The translations under genes were made by a program, and so were the position numbers. Of a stretch of 64,000 bases of DNA, positions 41,427 through 50,739 are shown one piece after another; the first letter of the stretch is position 1, and each line of letters opens with the position of its first letter. This stretch comes from Candidatus Multivorans sp. (lineage in GTDB: Bacteria; Acidobacteriota; Thermoanaerobaculia; Multivoradales; Multivoraceae), in the NCBI GenBank assembly GCA_965247095.1, contig OZ251997.1, positions 96,001 to 160,000 on the forward strand, given 5' to 3'. Below the pieces are notes generated by a model. It did no database searches. It saw nothing but the letters and a program-made list of their open reading frames with translations, and was not told the DNA's origin.

Positions 41427-43607
41427 ATGCCCAACACGCCTTCCGATCCCGCTACGCGAACGCCCGACGGCCGTCATCGTCGTCGGTTGGTGCTCGTCAC
41501 CCTTGCGGCGGCCGTGGCGCTGGCCGGTTCCGCGGCGCTTGCCGCGACGGATGCTGCGGACGACGAGGGCGCCGAGCCGGTCGAGGACCCCGCCCTCGCC
41601 GAGACGATCGTGGTCACGGCGTCTCGAGCGGAGCAGGAACTTGGGCAGGTGACCTCCAGCGTGTCCGTGCTGACCGGCGACGAACTCCGCGCCAGCTCGG
41701 CCGTGACCCTGGACGACACGCTGCGCCGGGTGCCCGGCTTCAGTCTCTTCCGCCGCAACAGTTCGATGGTTGCCCATCCGACCAGCCAGGGCGTTTCGCT
41801 GCGCGGCATCGGCCCCAGCGGCGTCAGCAGGACCCTGGTGCTGCTCGATGGGCTGCCTCTGAACGACCCCTTCGGCGGCTGGATCTACTGGGGCCGCGTG
41901 GGCCGTGAGAGCCTGGAACGGATCGAGGTCGTGCGCGGCGGCGGTTCGAGCCTGTGGGGCAACTCGGCCCTGGGCGGCGTCATCCACCTGGTCACCGCCG
42001 AGCCGTCGGACTCGGGCTCTTCGCTTCGGCTGTCTGCGTTGGGCGGCGATCACGGGATCCTGTCGGGCGACGCCTGGTTCGGCCAGGGGTTCGAGCGCGC
42101 GTCGCTGACCCTGTCGGCGAGGAGCTTCGACAGCGACGGCTACCCCGTGGTCCGCGACGACCGGCGCGGCCCGATCGATGTCGATGCGTTCTCTGAGCAG
42201 ACCAGCCTTGGCGGCCGCCTGACGGTTTCTCCCAGCGACTCGGTGTCGGTGAGCATCGGCGGCGACACCCTGTCGGAGGATCGCGGCAACGGCACGCCGC
42301 TGACCGGCAACGACACGGAGTTGACCTCCTTTCGCCTGAGCGCGGACGTCGTGAGCGGCCGGGGCGACACGTGGACGCTGCGCGGTTTCACCCACGAACA
42401 GGAGTTCGCGAGCCGGTTCAGCGCGCAGGCGGGCGACCGGTCGTCCGAGCGGCCGGCCCTCGATCAGTTCCTGGTCGACTCGGAAGCCATCGGTTTAGGC
42501 GCCCAGTGGCAGGGCGAGGTGGGATCGGGCCTGTGGGTCGCCGGCGCCGAATGGCGGAGCGTCGACGGGGCGACCAACGAGGACTTCTTCTACACCACGC
42601 AGTTCAACCGTCGGCGCATGGCGGGCGGCGATCAGGCGATCACGGGCGCCTACGTGCAGCGCCGGGCGCAGTTCGGCGAGCGGCTGCATCTCGAGCTCGG
42701 GGCCCGCATCGACCGCTGGCAGACCGGTTCGGGCAGCCGGCTGGAGATCAACAAGGCGGACGGCTCGATCCGTCGCGAAGACGCCTTCGAGGACCGGGAC
42801 GAGACGGCAGCATCGCCGCGGATCGGCTTCCTCTACGCCCTGGACTTCGGCTGGAGCCTGCGCGGCTCGGTGTACGGGTCGTTCCGGGCGCCGACCGTCA
42901 ACGAACTCTACCGGCCGTTCCGGGTGGGCAATGACATCACCGAGGCGAACGAGACGCTCGAGCCCGAGCGGCTTTCAGGCATCGAGTTCGGGACCGTGCG
43001 CTACCAGGGCGGTTCCAGACTGTCTATCAACGCCTTCATCAACCGCGTCGAGAACCCCATCGCCAACGTCACCCTGGCATCGATCGCGAGTGGCCGGTTC
43101 TTCCAGCCCTGCGGCTTCGTACCGGGCGGCGGGTCGTGCCGGCAGCGGCTCAACCTGGACCGCACTCGCATTCAGGGGCTCGAGGCGGAACTCCGCCAGC
43201 GGCTCGGCGACGAATGGCGGCTCGACGTGTCCTACCTCTACAGCAACGCCGAGGTCCAGAGCGCAGCCGACTTCCCGGAACTCGAGGGAAAGAGGCTGGC
43301 ACAGACGCCCGAGCAGTCGGTGAGCCTCGGCCTCGAGTACGCGAACCCCGAGGTGCTGCAGGCACGGCTGGGGTTGCGCTTCGTGGGCGAGCAGTACGAG
43401 GACGACCTGAACGCGAGGCCCCTCTCGAGCTTCTCGGTCGTGGACCTGAGTCTCGCCCGTAACCTGAGCAGCCGGTGGCAGGTCTTCGCCGGGTTCGAGA
43501 ATCTGCTCGACGAGGAAGTCCAGGTCGGCATCTCCGGAACCGGTCTGGTGACGATCGGCGCGCCTCGGATGGTGCACGTGGGGGCGCGCCTCAATCTCAG
43601 TCCCTGA
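41427..43607 (+). CDS. TonB-dependent receptor
   Basis: ETIVVTASR TonB box; plug motifs SLRG, LVLLDG, ERIEVVRGG.SSLWG..ALGGVI; FRAPT.NELY; ENLLD. Confidence 0.93.
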   Translation: MPNTPSDPATRTPDGRHRRRLVLVTLAAAVALAGSAALAATDAADDEGAEPVEDPALAETIVVTASRAEQELGQVTSSVSVLTGDELRASSAVTLDDTLRRVPGFSLFRRNSSMVAHPTSQGVSLRGIGPSGVSRTLVLLDGLPLNDPFGGWIYWGRVGRESLERIEVVRGGGSSLWGNSALGGVIHLVTAEPSDSGSSLRLSALGGDHGILSGDAWFGQGFERASLTLSARSFDSDGYPVVRDDRRGPIDVDAFSEQTSLGGRLTVSPSDSVSVSIGGDTLSEDRGNGTPLTGNDTELTSFRLSADVVSGRGDTWTLRGFTHEQEFASRFSAQAGDRSSERPALDQFLVDSEAIGLGAQWQGEVGSGLWVAGAEWRSVDGATNEDFFYTTQFNRRRMAGGDQAITGAYVQRRAQFGERLHLELGARIDRWQTGSGSRLEINKADGSIRREDAFEDRDETAASPRIGFLYALDFGWSLRGSVYGSFRAPTVNELYRPFRVGNDITEANETLEPERLSGIEFGTVRYQGGSRLSINAFINRVENPIANVTLASIASGRFFQPCGFVPGGGSCRQRLNLDRTRIQGLEAELRQRLGDEWRLDVSYLYSNAEVQSAADFPELEGKRLAQTPEQSVSLGLEYANPEVLQARLGLRFVGEQYEDDLNARPLSSFSVVDLSLARNLSSRWQVFAGFENLLDEEVQVGISGTGLVTIGAPRMVHVGARLNLSP

Positions 43608-43620
43608 AGCAGGAGCCGAT

Positions 43621-45429
43621 TTGACGACCCGAGTCACCGCTGAAACGCTTTCCCGACGCCAGCGGGAGATCTCGGTATCCGAGTTCTTCGCCAAGAACCG
43701 GCACCTGCTCGGCTTCGATTCGCTGCGCAAGGCCCTCCTGACCACGGTCAAGGAGGCGGTGGACAACTCGCTCGACGCCTGCGAAGAAGCCGGCATCCTG
43801 CCCGAGATCTGGGTCGAGCTCGAAGTTGCCAAGGGCACCAACCGCTACCTCGTGCGAATCACGGACAACGGCCCCGGCATCGTCCCCGAGCAGGCGCCGA
43901 AGATCTTCGGCCAACTGCTCTACGGCTCGAAGTTCCACAGCCTCAAGCAGAGCCGGGGCCAGCAGGGCATCGGCATCTCGGCGGCCGCGATGTACGGCCA
44001 GTTGACGACCGGCAAGCCGGCATCCGTGGAGTCACGTACGGGGCCGGACAAGCCGGCCTACGCGATGCAGGTCATGGTCGACACGAACACGAACAAGCCC
44101 AAGGCGATCGGCCGCCGGACCCTTCCCGACTGGCACTTGGACCACGGCACGCTGGTGGAACTGGAGCTGGAGGCGAAGTACCTCAAGGGCCGTCAGTCGG
44201 TTGAGGAGTTCCTCCAGCAGGTCGCGGTCGCGAACCCGCACGCGACGGTGCACTACCGGAGCCCGAGCGGCGAGACCGACTCCTGGGCGCGCACCGTGCA
44301 GCAGAACCCGGTGGCGCCGCAGGAGATCAAGCCGCATCCCCACGGCATCGAGCTCGGCGTGCTGATGAAGATGCTGCAGTCGACCGAGCACAAGACGGTC
44401 ACCCAGTTCCTGTCACGGGACTTCAGCCGCATCTCGCCGCAGTTCGCCGGGGGGCTGGCGAAGCGGGCCGGCATCAACCCGAAGGCGCGTCCGAACACCG
44501 TCGCCCGGCAGGCCGTCGACGCGCTCTACAAGGCGATCAACGACGCGGGTACGCGCATCCGGCCGCCGTCGACGGACTGCCTGTCGCCGATCGGCGTCCG
44601 GGAGCTCCTGGCCGGTCTGACCCGCGGCGTGCGGGCCGAGTTCTACGGCGTGGAGACAAGGCGGCCGGCGGTCTACCGCGGCAATCCGTTCCAGGTTGAG
44701 GTCGGCCTGGCCTGGGGCGGCGATCTGGCCGGGGACGAACTGGCCAAGGTGCTGCGTTTCGCCAACCGGGTGCCGCTCCAGTACTACGCCGGCTCCTGCT
44801 GCATCACCAGGGCGGTGATGGACGTCTCCTGGCGCAACTACGGCCTGAGCCAGTCGCGCGGAGCGCTGCCGTCGGGGCCGCTGATCGTGCTCGTTCATCT
44901 TGCCTCGGTGTGGGTGCCCTTCAGTTCCGAAAGCAAGGTCGCGGTCGCCGACTACGACGAGATTCGCAAGGAGATCAAGCTCGCGGTGCAGACCTGCGGT
45001 CGCCGGCTCGGGCAGTACGTCAAGCGCAAGGCGCGGGCCAAGAGCGAGGCGCGGCGGCGCGAGGTGTTCAATCTCTACATCGAGGAAGTGGTCAACTCGG
45101 TCGAGGCGATCACCGGCAAGGAACAGAAGCCGTTCCGCGATCGGCTGCTGGCGATCAGCCGCCGCAAGACGGAGCTGGCGGGTCTGCTCGAAGAGGCGAA
45201 GGGCGCTGATGACGGCGACGAGTTGGAAGCCTGCGAGAACGTACTCGTGGTCGATCCGGACGCCGAACCGCCCGCGCCGGCGAGCGCTGCTGCGGCGGCG
45301 ACGAACGGCGAGGACGCGTCGCCGGAGGAGGCCACACCGGTCGAGGCGGTTGAGCCGCCCGAGCAGTTGCCGCCGCCGATCCCTGCCGAGTCCGAGCGCC
45401 ATCCCGGGTCGCAGTTGGAGTTGGTGTGA
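43621..45429 (+). CDS. top6B: DNA topoisomerase VI subunit B
   Basis: ISVSEFFAKNRHLLGF; GHKL motifs KEAVDNSLDA, DNGPGI and SRGQQGIG; RFANRVPL; VPFSSESK. Confidence 0.95.
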   Translation: MTTRVTAETLSRRQREISVSEFFAKNRHLLGFDSLRKALLTTVKEAVDNSLDACEEAGILPEIWVELEVAKGTNRYLVRITDNGPGIVPEQAPKIFGQLLYGSKFHSLKQSRGQQGIGISAAAMYGQLTTGKPASVESRTGPDKPAYAMQVMVDTNTNKPKAIGRRTLPDWHLDHGTLVELELEAKYLKGRQSVEEFLQQVAVANPHATVHYRSPSGETDSWARTVQQNPVAPQEIKPHPHGIELGVLMKMLQSTEHKTVTQFLSRDFSRISPQFAGGLAKRAGINPKARPNTVARQAVDALYKAINDAGTRIRPPSTDCLSPIGVRELLAGLTRGVRAEFYGVETRRPAVYRGNPFQVEVGLAWGGDLAGDELAKVLRFANRVPLQYYAGSCCITRAVMDVSWRNYGLSQSRGALPSGPLIVLVHLASVWVPFSSESKVAVADYDEIRKEIKLAVQTCGRRLGQYVKRKARAKSEARRREVFNLYIEEVVNSVEAITGKEQKPFRDRLLAISRRKTELAGLLEEAKGADDGDELEACENVLVVDPDAEPPAPASAAAAATNGEDASPEEATPVEAVEPPEQLPPPIPAESERHPGSQLELV

Positions 45430-46658
45430 CGGCTGGAGAGCGTGGCGCGGAGCGTCGTTCCGGGCCTGGGAACGCGGGCGTCTCGCCCGCATCCGGCTCT
45501 GGCTCTGACAGCAACGCAGGCGCGAAGGACGGGCCGGCTCAGGCCGCCGCCGAGGAAGGTCGACTCAAGATTCCGGGCAACCTCGACGCCAAGGCCAAGA
45601 TCGAGTACCTGGCGAAGGAGACGGTGGCGATGGCCCGCCGCGAGGTCGACCCCTACGTCGATATCCCGTCGCGCACGCTCTCGAACGTCACCTTCTCGAA
45701 GCGCAAGAAGATCATCGAGATGGGCGACGCGACCCAGCGCCGCTCGCTTTTCAACCTGAACCAGGCGCGCAAGTACATGCAGACGCTCCTGGTCGCCCGC
45801 GGCTGCACCCAGCTTCTCGACGAGCAGAAGACGACGAGCATCCGCGACCTGTACTACATGACCAAGCACACGCTGGCCGACGGCAAGGAGAACACCTTCG
45901 ACGGCCAGGAGGAGTCGGACCCGATCATCGAGGATCTGGAGGTCGCGCTCGGCGCCCTGCGCGAGGAGCTGCACCTGTTCGCGGCCAAGCGCGGCTCGGT
46001 GGTCGGCCCGCTCACCCTGGTCGATGCAGGCGACGTGATCGACCTCTCCCGCATGGGTTCAGGCGGCTGGTCGGTGCCCGGCATCGTCGAACCGGACACG
46101 ATCCGCTTCGTCGGCCACGGCGCCAAGTTCATCCTCCTGGTGGAGAAGGAGGCCGTCTGGGCCCGTCTCAACGAGGACAAGTTCTGGAAGCGCCACGACT
46201 GCATCCTCGTCACCGGCCAGGGCCAGCCCCCCCGCGGCGTCCGCCGCCTCCTGTACCGCATGGTCAACGAGCTGAACCTGCAGCTCTACGTCTTCGTCGA
46301 CAACGACCCCTGGGGCTACTACATCCACTCCGTCGTCAAGCAGGGCTCCATCGGCCTCGCCTTCGAGTCCAAGCGAATGGCGGTCCCCAGGGCCCGCTTC
46401 ATCGGCCTCTCCAGCTTCGACCCCGCCGCCTACGACCTCTCCGAAGACGTCAGCATCCGCCTGAACGACCAGGACCGCTCCCGGGCCAAGGAAATACTGA
46501 ACTACGAGTGGTTCAAGGCGAAGTCCTGGCAGAAAGAGATCAAGAACATGCTCCGCACCGGCGTCAAGTGGGAACTCGAGGCCCTCTCCAGCAAGGGCCT
46601 CTCCTTCGTCACCGAAGAGTTCCTGCCCAGGAAGATCGCCGACCGCGACTGGCTGTAG
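45426..46658 (+). CDS. top6A: DNA topoisomerase VI subunit A (Spo11-like)
   Basis: RDLYY catalytic Tyr; QEESD..IEDLE; TOPRIM VEKEA and DNDPWG; ELEAL; GTGA coupling to top6B. Confidence 0.95.
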   Translation: MTAGERGAERRSGPGNAGVSPASGSGSDSNAGAKDGPAQAAAEEGRLKIPGNLDAKAKIEYLAKETVAMARREVDPYVDIPSRTLSNVTFSKRKKIIEMGDATQRRSLFNLNQARKYMQTLLVARGCTQLLDEQKTTSIRDLYYMTKHTLADGKENTFDGQEESDPIIEDLEVALGALREELHLFAAKRGSVVGPLTLVDAGDVIDLSRMGSGGWSVPGIVEPDTIRFVGHGAKFILLVEKEAVWARLNEDKFWKRHDCILVTGQGQPPRGVRRLLYRMVNELNLQLYVFVDNDPWGYYIHSVVKQGSIGLAFESKRMAVPRARFIGLSSFDPAAYDLSEDVSIRLNDQDRSRAKEILNYEWFKAKSWQKEIKNMLRTGVKWELEALSSKGLSFVTEEFLPRKIADRDWL

Positions 46659-46731
46659 GGTTGTCACTGTGTGAGCCCGGCTTCACTGCGCCGGTCCTCA
46701 AACAATTCTCGTCCACAGTAGTTCTGGGTAT

Positions 46732-49305
46732 ATGCCGAAACGAGAGAGACCAACCGTGGAGAGCTCGAAGCTCTGGCAGCAAGCGTTCGGAGACGAAGGC
46801 ACGAACGAGGACGTATCGCGCCTAGTGTCGTCGCTCCGAGTTCTTCGGAGAAACGTAGAGGCGCTGACATCAAGGATCGCCGCGAGTCTGCCTGAGCTCA
46901 CGATCCACGACGTCTCTCACCTCGATGCGCTGTGGGAGGTTGCGGATACTGTCGCCGGAAGTGACTTCCCGCTCAATCCGGCCGAGGGGTACGTCTTCGG
47001 TTCGGCTGTGCTGCTTCATGATGCTGGCCTGTGCTTCGAGGCGTACTCCGGAGGCAAAGACGCCCTGCGTGAAACGCTGGAGTGGCGTGACGCATACGCG
47101 AGACTGTCACGAAAGCCGCGCGACGTAGGGGACCTAGAACAAGAAGCGGACTTCGAGGCACTCCGAGCTGTGCATGCGGCGCGAGCGGCCTGTCTTGCGA
47201 TCGAACCGTGGACGGATGACGAAGGCGCCCTGTTCCTAATCGATGACCGAGAGCTACGCGAGAACTACGGCCAGTTGATTGGGGATCTGGCGTCATCACA
47301 TCATTGGGATCTGGAGAGGGTCGTGAGCCGCTTTACGACGCCAAGGCCATCCGCCGCGTTCTTGTCAGCGGAGTGGGTGGTGGATTCCCTAAAGCTCGCT
47401 TGCATGCTAAGGGTCGCGGACGCAGGTCACATGGATGGGGCTCGGGCACCGTCGTTTCTTCTTCGAGTCCTTCAGATGAACTCGCTTTCACGAGCACATT
47501 GGAGAGCTCAGAACCGGCTCGGGAAACTCACAGTCCGAAGCGACGACCCAAGACAGGCGGTCATTGGATCAACGAGCCCTTTTCCACGGTCCGAATCATC
47601 GGCTTGGTGGGTAGCCTTCGATCTGATCCAAACGTTTGATCGGGAACTCCGCGGGTGCAACGATGCGCTACGGGCATCTGCCGGTGGGGCGCGTCCCACT
47701 TTCGCCCGGGAGCGCCTGAGCGGCGCGGGACAAGTGAAGGAACTCGTCCAGCATGTAGAGACCGTGGATTGGGAGCCTACGGAATCGACTGTGCATGTAT
47801 CCGACGTCGCCGCATTGGTGACCAACCTGGGCGGTGAACAGCTATATGGGAAGGACGCCGACCGTCTTTACGTGGTGTTGCGCGAACTGATTCAGAACGC
47901 AGCCGACGCAATCGGTGCGCGGCGGTCCTTGTCTGGTGGCGGAGAATTCACGGGCTGTGTCGTGGTGCGACTGAGACCCCGACCGGAAGGAGGAGGCTGG
48001 ATTCTCCAGGTGGACGACAACGGCGTGGGTATGTCCCAGACGACTCTGACTGCTGACCTGTTGGACTTTGGCCGGAGTTTTTGGGCGACCGAACGAGCAG
48101 CGCGCGAATTCCCTGGTCTTCATGCATCCGGCTACAGACCGGTCGGAAGATTCGGTATTGGGTTCTTCTCGATCTTCATGGCAGCGAAGAGTGTAAGGGT
48201 GTACTCAAGGCGGTTTGACAAGGGGCTTGATGAGGTTAGGTGTCTTTCGTTCGAGAATGGTATCTCGCTTCGCCCCACGCTTAGTTCCGAAAGGCCGAAC
48301 GACCTGGGAATGGACCTGTGCACGAGGGTGGAATTGGAGCTAGAACCCGGTGTCCTGGATAATCCGGATCAGTGCACCATACGATGCAACCTTCAGGGTC
48401 AGGAGAACTTCGACGTGCCGTTCGAAGACTACGTTGCTTCCTTGGTTGCTGGTATCGGTGCCTCGGTCCTTGTCGTGACCGAGAAGGGAGGTCACAGAGT
48501 TCATGATGACTTCCCTCCGAGGCGCACGAAGCGCCAAGAATGGCTTCAGAAGCTCTCGTACGTCAACAGCGGCGTGAACCGAGGAGCCAAGGTGGGCCTG
48601 GGGCGGGCGATTCCCAGGCTGAGAGAGATCCGCGATGGGGAGAGGTGCTATGGCTTGGCAGCCGTCGATGTTCTCGGGCAGAATGACGGGTTGTTTTTGT
48701 CAGGGAAAGCAGTCGGCGGTCTTGTGAATCCCCACAGCCGATTCGACAACGCGTTCATAGGCCTGATTGATCACGTTCCTTCTACTGCGCAACGCGCGGC
48801 GGGAGAGATCGCAGCTCCGAAAGACAGCATGGCGATGTGGATGGCGGATCAGGTGTCCCTCCTGAAGGAAGAGAATCTGTCGGACTCAGAGTCGATACTG
48901 GCCAGCTACTCAATTTGTCAACTGGGCTTCGACCCGATCGAGATTCTGCAGGGTCTCTTTCTGTCGTCAGACAGCGGTGTCCGGTTCGAGCCAATAGGGT
49001 TGATTGGCGACAATCTGAAGAGCGGAATGGGGCTGGGCTTTCCGCTGATGCCTGGTGTCGGGAGTCACTTGGACTCCTACGCCGGACCCTTGCGGATACC
49101 TGACGTGCGGACCTGTGTTGTGATGAAGAACGGGAAGTTCAACAACGCGGAATTGTCATCTGGCGCTCCATGTGACCCGAACTCGCTCATCGGCATTGTG
49201 CATCGGGTGCTGGTCAATTCCGGACAGACTCCCACTTGGCTGAGACGCCAGGCGGTCTACAGAAGCATCTTTGGTCAAGGTGACTGTCTTGAGGTCCGCG
49301 TGTAG
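46732..49305 (+). CDS. HD-CE-type HD domain fused to an HSP90-like GHKL ATPase
   Basis: TIHDVSH, LLHDAG, SSHH and LRVAD (HD); LYG...LRELIQNAADA, DDNGVGM and GRFGIGFFS (HSP90-like ATPase); visibly lower GC than its neighbours. Confidence 0.85.
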   Translation: MPKRERPTVESSKLWQQAFGDEGTNEDVSRLVSSLRVLRRNVEALTSRIAASLPELTIHDVSHLDALWEVADTVAGSDFPLNPAEGYVFGSAVLLHDAGLCFEAYSGGKDALRETLEWRDAYARLSRKPRDVGDLEQEADFEALRAVHAARAACLAIEPWTDDEGALFLIDDRELRENYGQLIGDLASSHHWDLERVVSRFTTPRPSAAFLSAEWVVDSLKLACMLRVADAGHMDGARAPSFLLRVLQMNSLSRAHWRAQNRLGKLTVRSDDPRQAVIGSTSPFPRSESSAWWVAFDLIQTFDRELRGCNDALRASAGGARPTFARERLSGAGQVKELVQHVETVDWEPTESTVHVSDVAALVTNLGGEQLYGKDADRLYVVLRELIQNAADAIGARRSLSGGGEFTGCVVVRLRPRPEGGGWILQVDDNGVGMSQTTLTADLLDFGRSFWATERAAREFPGLHASGYRPVGRFGIGFFSIFMAAKSVRVYSRRFDKGLDEVRCLSFENGISLRPTLSSERPNDLGMDLCTRVELELEPGVLDNPDQCTIRCNLQGQENFDVPFEDYVASLVAGIGASVLVVTEKGGHRVHDDFPPRRTKRQEWLQKLSYVNSGVNRGAKVGLGRAIPRLREIRDGERCYGLAAVDVLGQNDGLFLSGKAVGGLVNPHSRFDNAFIGLIDHVPSTAQRAAGEIAAPKDSMAMWMADQVSLLKEENLSDSESILASYSICQLGFDPIEILQGLFLSSDSGVRFEPIGLIGDNLKSGMGLGFPLMPGVGSHLDSYAGPLRIPDVRTCVVMKNGKFNNAELSSGAPCDPNSLIGIVHRVLVNSGQTPTWLRRQAVYRSIFGQGDCLEVRV

Positions 49306-49404
49306 GACTATAGACGGGTGACCCAGTGTCGAGCGCTCCGAAAGCGAGCATCATCGTGCGGAGCGCCGTCGTGAAGAGCGCCCTTCGACAGGTCGGACGC
49401 GGCT

Positions 49405-50148
49405 CTACCACTCCCCCAACTCGACCTCCGGCGTTTCCGGCAGCGCTTCGGCAAGCAGCCAGCGGGCAAAGAGAGTCCCCTCGCGATAACTGGCCGTACT
49501 GATCCAGTTGCCCGGGGCCTCTTTGTGGCTCAGGTAGACGACGTAACTGCCGTCCGGTTCGGGCACCGCGGTCTGTTTGTTGATGCACACCGGGAAGTCG
49601 GCGTGGTTCGTGGACTGCATCAGGTAGTTCCACGTCTGCAGGCCCCGGTAGCAGGCCTCCGGGGACCGGAAAGTCACCTTGAGGTACTGGTGCTCCTCGA
49701 GTCGGAAGCGGCAGAAGCAGTAGATGTTGTCGACCGTTCCCCAGCCTCCCTGCTCCGGGTCGAACTCCCACGGTGCGCAGAACTCATTGAAGGGGAGGTC
49801 GACCGGCAGCGGAGCGATCCACGTCGTGCACATGAAGAACATCGCCATGCTGCGGATGCGCCGTGCGAGTTCGGCGTCGTCCAGGGGCAGCGCGGGCGGC
49901 TGCGGCGAGGCGTTTTCGATGCTGAGGATGCTCTCGCGTGACGACGGGCGGTCGAGGAAGTACTCGCGGGTGAAGAGCGACACCGAGTCCGGCTCGATGC
50001 GGAACTCGTTCGGGCCCTGCGGATCGGGCGTCAGTCGGATCTCGAACGAGCCGTCGTCGTCGAACGCGATGTCGCGGTGGTTCACGTTGAGCGTCACCCG
50101 ATCCGCCAACTCGCCGTTCGGATCGCCGCCGTAGAGGCAGAAGCTCAT
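49405..50148 (-). pseudogene. 5'-truncated DUF1214-like protein
   Basis: FDDDGSFEI, DNIY, EPDGSYVVYLSH and GNWIST motifs; in-frame TAG four codons upstream of the ATG, inside a hairpin. Confidence 0.55.
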
Positions 50149-50268
50149 CCCCGCGCAGCCCTATCTCTGGGTGCGCGGGCCTTCCCGGAAGAAAAAGAGC
50201 CGGCAACCGCTTTGCTTCCGTCCTCCACCTTCTGGAGCTGATCTTCTAGAACCGGCTGGTAGGAGTCC

Positions 50269-50547
50269 TCACCGGGATACCGCCTCGAGGTGCTTCTTGA
50301 TCGCTGCGACGTCTCCCTTGATCGCCGTGACGTCTCCCTTGATCGCCGTGACGTCTCCCTTGAGTGTCGTGACGTCTCCCTTGAGTGTCGCGACGTCTCC
50401 CTTGGTCTCGGCGAGATCGTCGACGAGCACGTCGACCTTGTCCTCGATCCGGACCAGGCGCTCTTTCGTCCCTCCGTGCTGCTCGACGAGGAGGTTCAGC
50501 ACCTCCCGCATGTTTACGATTCTGCGTTCGCTGGTCGTGGTGGTCAT
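50269..50547 (-). CDS. Small coiled-coil protein with heptad repeats
   Basis: GAGGAG RBS; (KGDV.xI/L)x5 heptads. Confidence 0.65.
   Translation of the reverse strand: MTTTTSERRIVNMREVLNLLVEQHGGTKERLVRIEDKVDVLVDDLAETKGDVATLKGDVTTLKGDVTAIKGDVTAIKGDVAAIKKHLEAVSR
50297..50401. repeat. 21-bp tandem repeat, 5 copies
   Basis: TTGA(TCGCC/GTGTC)G(T/C)GACGTCTCCC units, in frame with the heptad ORF. Confidence 0.92.
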
Positions 50548-50739
50548 CCGGCGGCTCCTCGGCTCGACGTCAAGTGGGGCCTTGCATGAGCCTATACGAA
50601 TGGATCGACGTTCGCGTCCACTCACAAGGGGCCGTAACAACCCGACGACCGCCCCCCTTCGTGCCCCGGACAGGCGGGTGTAACCGACACCGTCGCCGTC
50701 CCGGCTCCGTCGTCCCGGCTCCGCCCCTCCGGCTCCGAC

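Noticed and set aside
50297-50401. CRISPR or iteron array
   Set aside because: Head-to-tail 21-bp units without spacers, in frame with a heptad protein
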